A DNA stretch of 50,267 bases from positions 1 to 50,267 of the IMG/VR virus record IMGVR_UViG_3300025103_000026; one strand, 5' to 3'. A model generated the notes under the pieces. It saw only the letters and a list, made by a program, of their open reading frames with translations, did no database searches and was not told the DNA's origin. Below are positions 17,316-25,531 of the stretch, one piece after another. Both the position numbers and the translations under genes were made by a program. Within the stretch, counting starts at the first letter, position 1, and each line of letters opens with the position of its first letter. The DNA comes from a virus. Taxonomy: Duplodnaviria; Caudoviricetes.

Positions 17316-17576
17316 ATGAAGATATTATTTGAGAGAATAGAGTGGTCATTAGGGATGACCTTAATGTCTTTAGTTTCAGCAGTATGTATGTTTATGATAG
17401 TGATGCTTTCATACAATATAGTTGATGACTATGGTAGAGAGAATAGATTGCTCAGAGCAATTGCATCTGACCAAGCACTAATATTAGAAGGCAAGAGAAT
17501 TAATTTCACATCACCACACGAGTTAGAATTAAACCGACAAAAATACAATAAACTATTAGGAGATATGTATGAGTGA
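17316..17576 (+). CDS. Hypothetical membrane protein
   Basis: AAGGAG RBS before ATG 17316, one hydrophobic segment (LGMTLMSLVSAVCMFMIVML). Confidence 0.65.
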   Translation: MKILFERIEWSLGMTLMSLVSAVCMFMIVMLSYNIVDDYGRENRLLRAIASDQALILEGKRINFTSPHELELNRQKYNKLLGDMYE

Positions 17577-18015
17577 AGATACAACATTACGATATTGGTA
17601 TGAAGTAGCAGTTACTTGGGATGAAGATAATGGTACAGATACCATTGCACAATTTGACAGTCTTGAACAGGCTGTAAAGTTTATGAATGATGATAAAGAA
17701 ATTGAATCAGAATTACAACCCGATATGTTTGAGTATGTCGAAAATGTATTTATAGATAAATGGCTTGGTGATACCATTATGCCAAATTATAAAGATAGAA
17801 AGTTTAATGCAATTATCAGAACAATTAACAAGCCAAAAACTAAAGCAGTAATAACTTGGTATGCAGAGGACATTAAAAGTCAATGCGATACACTAACTGA
17901 TAAACAAATAGGGGATGTACTTTCTTTAATTGAAAATAACCACGATGCTACCATTGGGGTCAATTGGGAAGTTATTAATTATTACATAGAAAAAGTTACT
18001 AAGGAGGGTAAATGA
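17569..18015 (+). CDS. Hypothetical early protein
   Basis: 148 aa, AGGAG RBS, C-terminal NHDATIGVNWEVI. Confidence 0.75.
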   Translation: MSEDTTLRYWYEVAVTWDEDNGTDTIAQFDSLEQAVKFMNDDKEIESELQPDMFEYVENVFIDKWLGDTIMPNYKDRKFNAIIRTINKPKTKAVITWYAEDIKSQCDTLTDKQIGDVLSLIENNHDATIGVNWEVINYYIEKVTKEGK

Positions 18016-18129
18016 ACGAAGCAATTAGAAGATTAACAGAGATGCTTAAATGGAGCGATAGACTAGGCAATGATGAAAGGCTTGAAATAGAATTTGCAAT
18101 TAATATTTTAAAAATGATAAGGAGAGTAA

Positions 18130-18354
18130 ATGATGAAAGTTAAAAGTATAAGATACTTTGAAACAAATAGAGGTTTAGGCTATGAAGCCAAGACAGACAA
18201 GGGCAGTATTTGGAATGATGGTAGTGGTGGGGATACATATTTTGAACCCGATTATCCTAAATATAAAAGAAGTCAATTCAACCATCTTTCTGAAGATGAT
18301 TTAGAAAAACTAATAGATGTTTACGAAATAAAAATAGGGGCATTAGTACAATGA
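18130..18354 (+). CDS. Hypothetical early protein
   Basis: AGGAG RBS, YFETNRGLGY..IWNDGSGG. Confidence 0.75.
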   Translation: MMKVKSIRYFETNRGLGYEAKTDKGSIWNDGSGGDTYFEPDYPKYKRSQFNHLSEDDLEKLIDVYEIKIGALVQ

Positions 18355-18671
18355 AGAAAGTTAAAGTAGCAAAAACAATAGAGAGATTTATTAGAAAGCA
18401 TGGCTTAGATACAGATGTTAGGATTTATTTCTCTAATAAGGCTTGGGATTATGATTCATTCGGTAAGAAAACAATACTTACTGACATCAAGGCATCTGAT
18501 TATTTTGCCTATGCAAATGATGATACAATTAGTATGAGTTTTGAGGGAGCATTAAACTCTGCTTTGAATATGTATAATGGGTATGAGTTGTTTGATAAGT
18601 TTAGTGATTTAGATTTTGATGGGTATCATTTCGAGATGGGTGAGTCTTGGAATGGTGCATTTTTTAAATAA
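18351..18671 (+). CDS. Hypothetical early protein
   Basis: 106 aa, ATGA coupling. Confidence 0.75.
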   Translation: MKKVKVAKTIERFIRKHGLDTDVRIYFSNKAWDYDSFGKKTILTDIKASDYFAYANDDTISMSFEGALNSALNMYNGYELFDKFSDLDFDGYHFEMGESWNGAFFK

Positions 18672-18687
18672 AAAAAAGGAGAATAAT

Positions 18688-18900
18688 ATGTGGACTTGTA
18701 TAGAATGTGATAAGAAGTTTAATGGTTTGACAGGGGATACAGATGAGAGGGTATGTTATGAATGTATCGAAGAAGAATATGAAGTTAATGTATCGGGTTG
18801 TTTTACTATTCTTGCTAAAAGCCAAGAAAGTGCAAACAGATGGGTAGAAGATAATATAAAAGAATATATTGGAGAATTAGAAATAGGAGAGGAGGATTAA
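18688..18900 (+). CDS. Hypothetical zinc-finger protein
   Basis: AAGGAG RBS before ATG 18688, CIEC...CYEC. Confidence 0.65.
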   Translation: MWTCIECDKKFNGLTGDTDERVCYECIEEEYEVNVSGCFTILAKSQESANRWVEDNIKEYIGELEIGEED

Positions 18901-19125
18901 ATGAAAAATATAGATTATGATTCAAAAAGTTATAAAATAATGTGTATTATGGATATAATGTTGGACATTAATCCTAATTACAGAAATGATTTTGATGATT
19001 CAGAAGATATGTATATTAATTTATCAAATTTAATTACAAAATTTGAAGAACAAGATAATGGTGATGGTGCTTGGTATGATTCCCTTGTTGATTTTTTACA
19101 AAAAGAATATAAGGAGATTAAATGA
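18901..19125 (+). CDS. Hypothetical acidic protein
   Basis: GGAGG RBS. Confidence 0.7.
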   Translation: MKNIDYDSKSYKIMCIMDIMLDINPNYRNDFDDSEDMYINLSNLITKFEEQDNGDGAWYDSLVDFLQKEYKEIK

Positions 19126-19559
19126 AAACAGAAAATGAAATAAGAGAATACCTTGCTGATTGTAAGGAAGCAGTTAAGGAACTTGATAAAATGCAAGATA
19201 GTCTACAAGCCTGTAAATATGAAGGTATTGTTGAGGGTTTAGAGTTTGCATTGTCAGACACATCACTTGTGACTAAGGAAGAACAATCCAAGTTAAATAG
19301 CATTGCTGACTTTATTCTACATCAGAACTACCCTAAATCAGCCAATGGTATCTTTGCTTATTCAACAGCATACGATATAGACTATGATGTTAATGGTTGG
19401 GGCAGAGATGATAAAGGTATTGAGATTATCGTTTTTGAGGTTGTGTATGGACAAAAAGATGATTGTCATAATACTACACATTCAGTAGATATGAAAGTAA
19501 GAAGAGATGTACTTAATCAATGGGGTGGTAATGGACTACCACAATTAGAGGAGGATTAG
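19122..19559 (+). CDS. Hypothetical protein
   Basis: 145 aa, ATGA coupling. Confidence 0.7.
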   Translation: MKTENEIREYLADCKEAVKELDKMQDSLQACKYEGIVEGLEFALSDTSLVTKEEQSKLNSIADFILHQNYPKSANGIFAYSTAYDIDYDVNGWGRDDKGIEIIVFEVVYGQKDDCHNTTHSVDMKVRRDVLNQWGGNGLPQLEED

Positions 19560-19850
19560 ATGAGCAGATTTTTAAGCGACCATATAGATGACTATTGCAG
19601 AGAGAAATATGGTCATAGTAATTGGGGGTATCTTAATGGATATAGTAAGGAGGATTTGTCGAGGGCTAAACATACTATTGAGGGCAGTATAGTCTTTTGG
19701 AAAAATGGAATGTGCGAAGAATGTGATGATGACAATCCTAATTGGAATGATGAGAATGATGAGAATTATTATCTATGTGATAAATGTAAATCAGTTATAG
19801 ACAGAGATGATGATAGTGAAGCAAAAACAATAGGAGTAGAGAATGAATAA
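19560..19850 (+). CDS. Hypothetical zinc-finger protein
   Basis: GGAGG RBS, CEEC...CDKC. Confidence 0.7.
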   Translation: MSRFLSDHIDDYCREKYGHSNWGYLNGYSKEDLSRAKHTIEGSIVFWKNGMCEECDDDNPNWNDENDENYYLCDKCKSVIDRDDDSEAKTIGVENE

Positions 19851-20091
19851 AGAAGATATATATTTAAATTTATCCCTTGTAATTCACTTGGCAGAAATGC
19901 TTGGCTTGGAAGAACTTGAGGGTGTTCCACTACACAAACAAATCATTGAAGAAGTTAATAAACTTAACCTTATAGAAAGATGGGTTGAGTTTGAAATGGC
20001 TTATGTCTGTGAAGATAATAGTGTAATGAAAACGGCTTTAAAAGAATCTAAAGAAGAATTTATTTCTAAATTTACAGGAAAAAAAAGCTAA
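19843..20091 (+). CDS. Hypothetical protein
   Basis: AGGAG RBS. Confidence 0.65.
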   Translation: MNKEDIYLNLSLVIHLAEMLGLEELEGVPLHKQIIEEVNKLNLIERWVEFEMAYVCEDNSVMKTALKESKEEFISKFTGKKS

Positions 20092-20097
20092 AACAGG

Positions 20098-20131
20098 TTG
20101 CTTGTAAAGTGGAAAGCAATGTATATTATAT
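20098..20131 (+). promoter_or_regulatory. Sigma70-like promoter overlapped by an inverted repeat
   Basis: TTGCTT-N18-TATATT. TTGCTT-N10-AAGCAA is an inverted repeat (possible operator). Confidence 0.5.
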
Positions 20132-20164
20132 AACCCAAAAACAACAAAAAAAAAGGGAAGACAA

Positions 20165-20341
20165 ATGAGTAAAATGAAAGATATGTTAATCGAATCTTAT
20201 GAAGAGCCAACACCTTGTGAGTCTGATTATATGACAGATGAAGAAATGAAAAAGGCTATGCAACAAACACAAGATGACCACCTTCAAGCAATAAATGATA
20301 GGGTTGTTCAAGAAGGTATTGACAGGAGAAAAGGAAAATGA
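20165..20341 (+). CDS. Hypothetical 58-aa protein (not in ORF track)
   Basis: MSKMKDMLIE...RRKGK, coupled to the next gene by ATGA. Confidence 0.6.
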   Translation: MSKMKDMLIESYEEPTPCESDYMTDEEMKKAMQQTQDDHLQAINDRVVQEGIDRRKGK

Positions 20342-20700
20342 TATTAAAATTCAAACAGAAACTATGTCATAATGGTTATCCAATGGTAGACCTTCAAGGT
20401 GAGGGTTATTCAAATTGGGATTGTTATGATGGTCTGATAGAGTATCAAATAGAACTTGATGTTAAAGAGTATGGAATTAAAGACATCATACCATCTATAA
20501 TTTCATTTAGGGTTCATATTGAAGAAATGGATGGGAAGGGTACTAAAACAATCGACTTAAAAGATGTTGAGTATAAAGACTTTGGACAATCTCAAGCTGA
20601 ATCTTGGACACAAAGAGGAGATGCAATATGCAATGGCTTACACATTAGCCATGTAGTGCTAGACTTAGATAGTAGGATTGTAGATGTATGTATGAAGTAA
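20338..20700 (+). CDS. Hypothetical protein
   Basis: 120 aa, IEYQIELDVKEYGIKDI. Confidence 0.7.
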   Translation: MILKFKQKLCHNGYPMVDLQGEGYSNWDCYDGLIEYQIELDVKEYGIKDIIPSIISFRVHIEEMDGKGTKTIDLKDVEYKDFGQSQAESWTQRGDAICNGLHISHVVLDLDSRIVDVCMK

Positions 20701-20951
20701 TTAAATTATCAAATCTAAGTGAAGCAGATATTGGAGAGAATCTTGGTGTAACAAGGCAGTTTGTTCATCAATGGAGTTCGGGTAAAAGACCAATACCAGC
20801 CAAATATAAAGATAAACTATATAAGATACTTTTGAATAGCTTATTAGCTTCAATAGAAAAGCAAAGAGAAGGTATAAAAATGTTAGAAAAAAGTGTTGCA
20901 ATTCAAGTAAGTAAACCACAACACTTAGGAAAACCAAACACAATAAAATAA
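20688..20951 (+). CDS. XRE/Cro-family HTH transcriptional regulator
   Basis: LSEADIGENLGVTRQFVHQWSSGKRPIP. Confidence 0.8.
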   Translation: MYEVIKLSNLSEADIGENLGVTRQFVHQWSSGKRPIPAKYKDKLYKILLNSLLASIEKQREGIKMLEKSVAIQVSKPQHLGKPNTIK

Positions 20952-20955
20952 AGGA

Positions 20956-21633
20956 GTGTTAATGAAAAAAGCAAGTGAAATACTTGAAATGTTAAAAAAA
21001 GATACCGAGAAGCATGAGATTAAATTCCGAGAGGGTAACACCTTTGGAAATAGGGCGAATATGTTAGCCTATATTGATGCAAGGTATGTAATGGATAGAT
21101 TAGACGAAGCAACAGATGGATATTGGAAGAGTGAGTACAAAGAGATTAAGGGTAACTTGTTCTGTGGTATATCTGTTTTGCTTGACGGGGAGTGGGTAAC
21201 TAAATGGGATGTCGGAGTTCCAAGTAACTTTGAAGCTCAGAAAGGTGAAGCATCAGATTCGTTTAAAAGAGCTGGTGTAATGTGGGGTATAGCGAGAGAT
21301 TTATATCATCTTGGTAGATTTACTGCACCACTTGGAGATAATGGCAAAGCACCCTATAATTGGAAGCCAGAAGGATGGGATAAGACAAAGATTGTACCCG
21401 ACTCTTTAGAATTAGCACCACATAACAGACCAACTAAAGAAATAATGGTTTCAGTTGAGGAGTCTTATGCTGAAGCTAAGAAGCTAGGTTTACTAACTAA
21501 AGAATGGGATGAGAAAATGCTGGAGAATATTAATAAATATAAAATCAAACAGCTTGATAAAAAGACAGCACTTTCTATGTTAGAAAATATGCAGAAACTT
21601 TTAAATAACCATAAAATACAAGGAGACTCATAA
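20956..21633 (+). CDS. Rad52/Rad22-family single-strand annealing protein (Sak-like)
   Basis: YIDARYVMDRLDE, WVTKWDVG and KGEASDSFKRAGVMWGIARDLY. Confidence 0.9.
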   Translation: MLMKKASEILEMLKKDTEKHEIKFREGNTFGNRANMLAYIDARYVMDRLDEATDGYWKSEYKEIKGNLFCGISVLLDGEWVTKWDVGVPSNFEAQKGEASDSFKRAGVMWGIARDLYHLGRFTAPLGDNGKAPYNWKPEGWDKTKIVPDSLELAPHNRPTKEIMVSVEESYAEAKKLGLLTKEWDEKMLENINKYKIKQLDKKTALSMLENMQKLLNNHKIQGDS

Positions 21634-22121
21634 TGAGTGAATACAAACCGAATCTAAAAATAGAAGTTGGAGAACCTAAGTTGGTTAAATTTCTATTCAA
21701 TGATGCTATACCTGTGACAACGAAGTTTGGACAAAGGTATAGATATACTTTAAGTACTGCTGGGGTTGAGCATCAAATGTTAGCAACTAGCACCTTGCAC
21801 GGCTTAATATCTCAACACTCACCACTTAGGGATAAGGAGCTTACCATAGGTAAAGTAAAGGTTGATGATAAGATAACTACTTTTACAATTAATGGTATGA
21901 CTATGGATGACTTGAAGAAGAAGGAGGGGAAGGATTTTACCTCTGTCTTGGATGGTAGTAAGTCTGTCGGGAGCTATGATGATGGTGTTGTTTTAAAAGG
22001 TAGTTTAGATGACCTATGGAGAGAGATTAACAAACTCAACAAAGCTTTAAAGGTTGTAATGGAAAGAGCAGAGGCTTTGGAGGGTTCTAAGACTACTGAA
22101 GCTGATGAAGATTTGTTCTAA
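21633..22121 (+). CDS. Putative single-stranded DNA-binding protein
   Basis: Follows Sak. Beta-rich N-terminus and acidic tail DEDLF, with a DEDLPF variant in the duplicated sequence. Confidence 0.65.
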   Translation: MSEYKPNLKIEVGEPKLVKFLFNDAIPVTTKFGQRYRYTLSTAGVEHQMLATSTLHGLISQHSPLRDKELTIGKVKVDDKITTFTINGMTMDDLKKKEGKDFTSVLDGSKSVGSYDDGVVLKGSLDDLWREINKLNKALKVVMERAEALEGSKTTEADEDLF

Positions 22122-22145
22122 GACTACTGAAGCTGATGAAGATTT
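22084..22145. repeat. 31-bp perfect tandem duplication at the SSB 3' end
   Basis: gttctaagactactgaagctgatgaagattt occurs twice. Confidence 0.95.
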
Positions 22146-22151
22146 ACCCTT

Positions 22152-22300
22152 CTAGGTTTAACCTAGGTTTAATACCTATACTTAATAGATTACAACCTAT
22201 GTTTACCTACACATCTAGGTTTAACCTATATTATGCCCTGTGGATAATGTTGATAACTCGCATTATCCGAGGGTATGATAGTGTTAATGATTGTGGATAA
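22152..22300. promoter_or_regulatory. Candidate replication origin: AGGTTTAACCT palindromes plus DnaA boxes
   Basis: TGTGGATAA at 22239 and 22292, TGTTGATAA at 22248. AGGTTTAACCT at 22154 and 22217 plus degenerate copies. Confidence 0.6.
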
Positions 22301-22733
22301 CTTGAGTAAAACTAAAAAATCTGAGCAATTAGGCATGAATTATTCTACTGCTCAAAATAGACTCCGTAAAAAAATATTATTCATGATGATACAGAAATTA
22401 AAACTTGATGAGTGTTTTCAATGTAAAACATTAATAGTTGAGTCTCAAGATTTAAGCATTGAGCATAAAATTCCGTGGTTGGATGGTGATACAAGATTGT
22501 TTTGGGATTTAGATAACATAGCTTTTTCTCATATAAGCTGTAATGCATCAGCATCAAGATATAGTACTAGAAAAAAATACACACACAAGATAGAGGATAG
22601 AGAGAATGAAAAGGGGCATTATCCAAGCAGAACTTGGTATGATAGGGGATGTCGGTGTCATTCCTGTAAGGAAATTAAAAGGCTTTCGAAAAGGAAGCAC
22701 GAAAAAGATGTTGAATTTTTAAAGGAGGAATAA
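22275..22733 (+). CDS. HNH endonuclease with zinc-binding motifs
   Basis: CFQC..LSIEHKIPW..NIAFSHISCN and C-terminal GCRCHSC. True start may be TTG 22302. Confidence 0.8.
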   Translation: MIVLMIVDNLSKTKKSEQLGMNYSTAQNRLRKKILFMMIQKLKLDECFQCKTLIVESQDLSIEHKIPWLDGDTRLFWDLDNIAFSHISCNASASRYSTRKKYTHKIEDRENEKGHYPSRTWYDRGCRCHSCKEIKRLSKRKHEKDVEFLKEE

Positions 22734-22876
22734 ATGAAAACTTTTAGAATAATTTATTATGATGATTTACAGGATGAAAATAGGTGGGTAGAAATTGAAG
22801 CCAAAACAGAAAAAGAAGCTGTAAAGAGATTTAGAGGTAGGTCTATAATTTCAATAAAAGAAAAGGAAGAAAAAAA

Positions 22877-23047
22877 ATGAATTGCTGGCATTGTAAAAAA
22901 AAATTAATATGGGGTGGTGACCATTCTTACGAAGATTGTGGAACTGAGGGAGATGGAATAGTTTCAAATCTAAGTTGCTCAAATGAAGAATGTAGAGTTG
23001 AACAGGTTTTAGTTTATTTTAATACAGAGGAGGAAAAGAATGATTAA
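22877..23047 (+). CDS. Small zinc-ribbon protein (not in ORF track)
   Basis: MNCWHCKKKLIWGGDH...NLSCSNEEC. Confidence 0.7.
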   Translation: MNCWHCKKKLIWGGDHSYEDCGTEGDGIVSNLSCSNEECRVEQVLVYFNTEEEKND

Positions 23048-23187
23048 TTATTATATATGTCTAATATTCGGTTTTATAATGGGCTATTTTATCGCTTGCT
23101 TAATGATGATGGCAAAAGGAAATACAAAAGTTGATATGGATGTCCATAGTTGGAGAAATAATGAAATAAAAGTTATGGGGGAAGAAA

Positions 23188-23469
23188 ATGAGTAAATATT
23201 CGTCAAAATGGGATAAACATTGGGAGGAGCAGACATTCGGTGCTTGGTGGTTACCAAATCAAAAATATATACCGAATAATAATCTTGAAAAGAACAGCAA
23301 TGCAACCTCTATTAGATATTGTAAAGAGTGCGATTCTGTCTATGATAAAGTTTGGTCAAATGGTAGATATAAACTTTATATATGGGAAGATTTTCCAAAA
23401 ACACAAAAGGAGAAGATTTGCCCATCTTGTGAAGGAAAAAAAGATTGCAAGGTTATGAGTGAAGAGTGA
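23188..23469 (+). CDS. Zinc-finger protein
   Basis: YCKEC...DFP...ICPSC. Confidence 0.7.
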   Translation: MSKYSSKWDKHWEEQTFGAWWLPNQKYIPNNNLEKNSNATSIRYCKECDSVYDKVWSNGRYKLYIWEDFPKTQKEKICPSCEGKKDCKVMSEE

Positions 23470-23626
23470 AAATGGTTATAATTATACAGTTAAGTTTTGT
23501 GAAAAGTGCAATCGTGCTTGGGAGAAAGAAGGAAAAAATATCTTAATACATGTTGATTTCCCAACACTTGGATTGAGAAGAGAAGTTTGTAAGAATTGCA
23601 AAAAGGAGGATAATGAAAGAGACTAG
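23459..23626 (+). CDS. Zinc-finger protein, paralogue of the upstream gene (not in ORF track)
   Basis: GTG start, VKFCEKC...DFP...VCKNC. Confidence 0.6.
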   Translation: MKSENGYNYTVKFCEKCNRAWEKEGKNILIHVDFPTLGLRREVCKNCKKEDNERD

Positions 23627-23789
23627 GTGTACTTTATGTGGATTTGATACGACCATTGTTAGGTGTCAGTATCATTGTAATAACTGTGGATTTCTTAGTG
23701 ATTGAGATGATACAGAGAGCCCAAGTTCTGGGTATGATAGTGATGATGAAACATTGTTAATTAATATAATAGGAGAGAAAGATGAATAA
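23613..23789 (+). CDS. Candidate selenoprotein: 58-aa zinc-finger microprotein with in-frame UGA
   Basis: AAGGAGG RBS. Reads MKETRCTLCGFDTTIVRCQYHCNNCGFLSD-TGA(23703)-DDTESPSSGY...GEKDE-TAA. The read-through frame ends overlapping the next ATG. Confidence 0.65.
23706..23735 (+). promoter_or_regulatory. Bacterial SECIS-like hairpin
   Basis: GCCCA-AGTTC-TGGGT. The loop starts 18 nt after the UGA, with G then U at loop positions 2-3. Confidence 0.5.
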
Positions 23790-23964
23790 ATTTTTATATC
23801 AAAGTACGAGTGGTAGGGTGGAAATACTTAGACTTTATGAGAGCATACTATTAACGAATGGGATATTTTCTCGGTTAGATAAGAAGGGATTTAATACTTG
23901 CTATAAAAGATATAGAGAGCTTGGTGGTCGTAGAGAATTTATTTTCTTAGGGGAGTCAAACTAA
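23782..23964 (+). CDS. Hypothetical protein
   Basis: AGGAG RBS, 60 aa. Confidence 0.65.
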   Translation: MNKFLYQSTSGRVEILRLYESILLTNGIFSRLDKKGFNTCYKRYRELGGRREFIFLGESN

Positions 23965-24156
23965 TTGAATAAAAGCGATAAAAGTAAATGGGCGAGAATA
24001 TATGCTAAATGGAGAGAAGCATCTGGAGGCAAATGGTGGCTGTACCAATACTTTAAAATCGCAGACTATGAAATAAGAAAAGCTAACCCTAAAAAACCAA
24101 GAATGGAGGATGTAGTAAAAGACGATGATTGCTACCACATATCAAAAAAAAGATAA
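23965..24156 (+). CDS. Hypothetical protein
   Basis: GGAG RBS before TTG. Confidence 0.55.
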   Translation: MNKSDKSKWARIYAKWREASGGKWWLYQYFKIADYEIRKANPKKPRMEDVVKDDDCYHISKKR

Positions 24157-24316
24157 TTTTACATGTAATAGTTGTATTAATGAGCTATTCAACAAAGAGT
24201 CTTTTGAGTATACTACCTATATAACAAAGGCTAGACTAAAAGTATGTACTAAATGCTTTGTCCAGCAGTTCGGTAAGAAAAATGCTAACGAAATAAAGGA
24301 AGAGAATGAAAATTAA
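24125..24316 (+). CDS. Small zinc-finger protein
   Basis: CNSC...CTKC. Confidence 0.6.
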   Translation: MIATTYQKKDNFTCNSCINELFNKESFEYTTYITKARLKVCTKCFVQQFGKKNANEIKEENEN

Positions 24317-24671
24317 ATATATTAATTTTGGTGTTAGAATACAAAACTATTTCAAGAGCCTTGGATTAGAAACCACCGATGAAATAATTAATTATCCTTT
24401 AGAGGAGTTAATAAATATTAACGGCTTTGGGATGAAGTCATTTACTGCTGTTAAATGCATTCTTGAGGAATTAAAATTGGTGGGAAAAATGAGATACAAT
24501 GTATGGAGTTTTATACAAGAAACAGATTTTGACTTTGACTCAGAATACCCTGTTGAAACAGGAAGAGGGGACTTAGAATGCTCCGTTCAATTATGTGAAA
24601 AATTTAGAACATTTGAGGAAGCTGAAGATTATCAAAGAACAATATCATTTGAGAATAAAGGAGTATGCTAA
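24306..24671 (+). CDS. RNA polymerase alpha-subunit C-terminal-domain-like protein
   Basis: INFGVRIQNYFKSLGLETTDEI..EELININGFGMKSFTAVKCILEELKL matches the alpha-CTD pattern LSVRxxNxL..GIxT..LLxIxNxGxKS. Confidence 0.75.
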   Translation: MKIKYINFGVRIQNYFKSLGLETTDEIINYPLEELININGFGMKSFTAVKCILEELKLVGKMRYNVWSFIQETDFDFDSEYPVETGRGDLECSVQLCEKFRTFEEAEDYQRTISFENKGVC

Positions 24672-24865
24672 TGAGTAGAATATCATCAAAGAGAATGAGG
24701 AAACTTATTAAAGAACAGAAGCCTAAAAAGATGAGCGAATCTAAAAGGCTTAAACTTATTAAGGGAGTAGAGAATATGATGAAGAAAGGTGTAAAAGATA
24801 AAGGAAGAACTAATAAAGCATCTATGACTAAGTATTGTGGTAGAGTATTTAGAGTAAAGCTATGA
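24665..24865 (+). CDS. Small basic protein
   Basis: AAGGAG RBS, K/R-rich. Confidence 0.6.
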   Translation: MLMSRISSKRMRKLIKEQKPKKMSESKRLKLIKGVENMMKKGVKDKGRTNKASMTKYCGRVFRVKL

Positions 24866-25167
24866 ATTGTTCAACTTGTAGATTCCATAGGGCAGAGGGT
24901 AAAACTTTCTTTGGGGTGTGTACATATTTTGAACAAAGAGGAAAGGAAGCAAGAGATATTGAAGATTCTAAAATATATGACAATGGTTGCCATAAACATC
25001 TAAAAGCTATGGAGTGTTTCGAATGTAAAGAGGAGGTTACATTTGACAACTCAACCCTTGCATCAAGCGATGCTGGTGATACTGATAGGTGTTGTGAGCC
25101 TTGTTATGAAAAAATAGTTCAAGAGACTATTAATAATGTAAGGAGGATGGGAATTGTCCAAGTATAA
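24862..25167 (+). CDS. Cys-rich hypothetical protein
   Basis: CSTC..C..C and CFEC..CCEPC. Confidence 0.65.
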   Translation: MNCSTCRFHRAEGKTFFGVCTYFEQRGKEARDIEDSKIYDNGCHKHLKAMECFECKEEVTFDNSTLASSDAGDTDRCCEPCYEKIVQETINNVRRMGIVQV

Positions 25168-25531
25168 TCCAGATTTTGACTTAGATTTAAAGTTCGGTGA
25201 AAAGTATGAAGATTGTTTAGCCGAAATACTTAACAAAGGTAAGGTGGAGGTTAAAACTGAAAGAGATATATGGTATGATACAGGGAATATAGCAATAGAA
25301 GTAAGATATAAAGGTAGACCGAGTGGATTATCCACGACAAAAGCAGATTATTGGGCTCATATAATGACTAAAGATGGGAGTATGAAATTTATATTACTTT
25401 TTCCTGTCGAGGTTTTGAGGAAAAGAGTTAAATATTTATTTAAAAATAACAAAGCCAAAAAAATAATGGGTGGTGATAACAACCAATCTGAGTTAGTATT
25501 AATATCATTAAATGAGGTGGTAGGAAAATGA
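25154..25531 (+). CDS. PD-(D/E)XK-fold nuclease-like protein
   Basis: FDLDLKFGE..VEVKTERD..TGNIAIE..SGLSTTKADYW. Confidence 0.7.
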   Translation: MSKYNPDFDLDLKFGEKYEDCLAEILNKGKVEVKTERDIWYDTGNIAIEVRYKGRPSGLSTTKADYWAHIMTKDGSMKFILLFPVEVLRKRVKYLFKNNKAKKIMGGDNNQSELVLISLNEVVGK

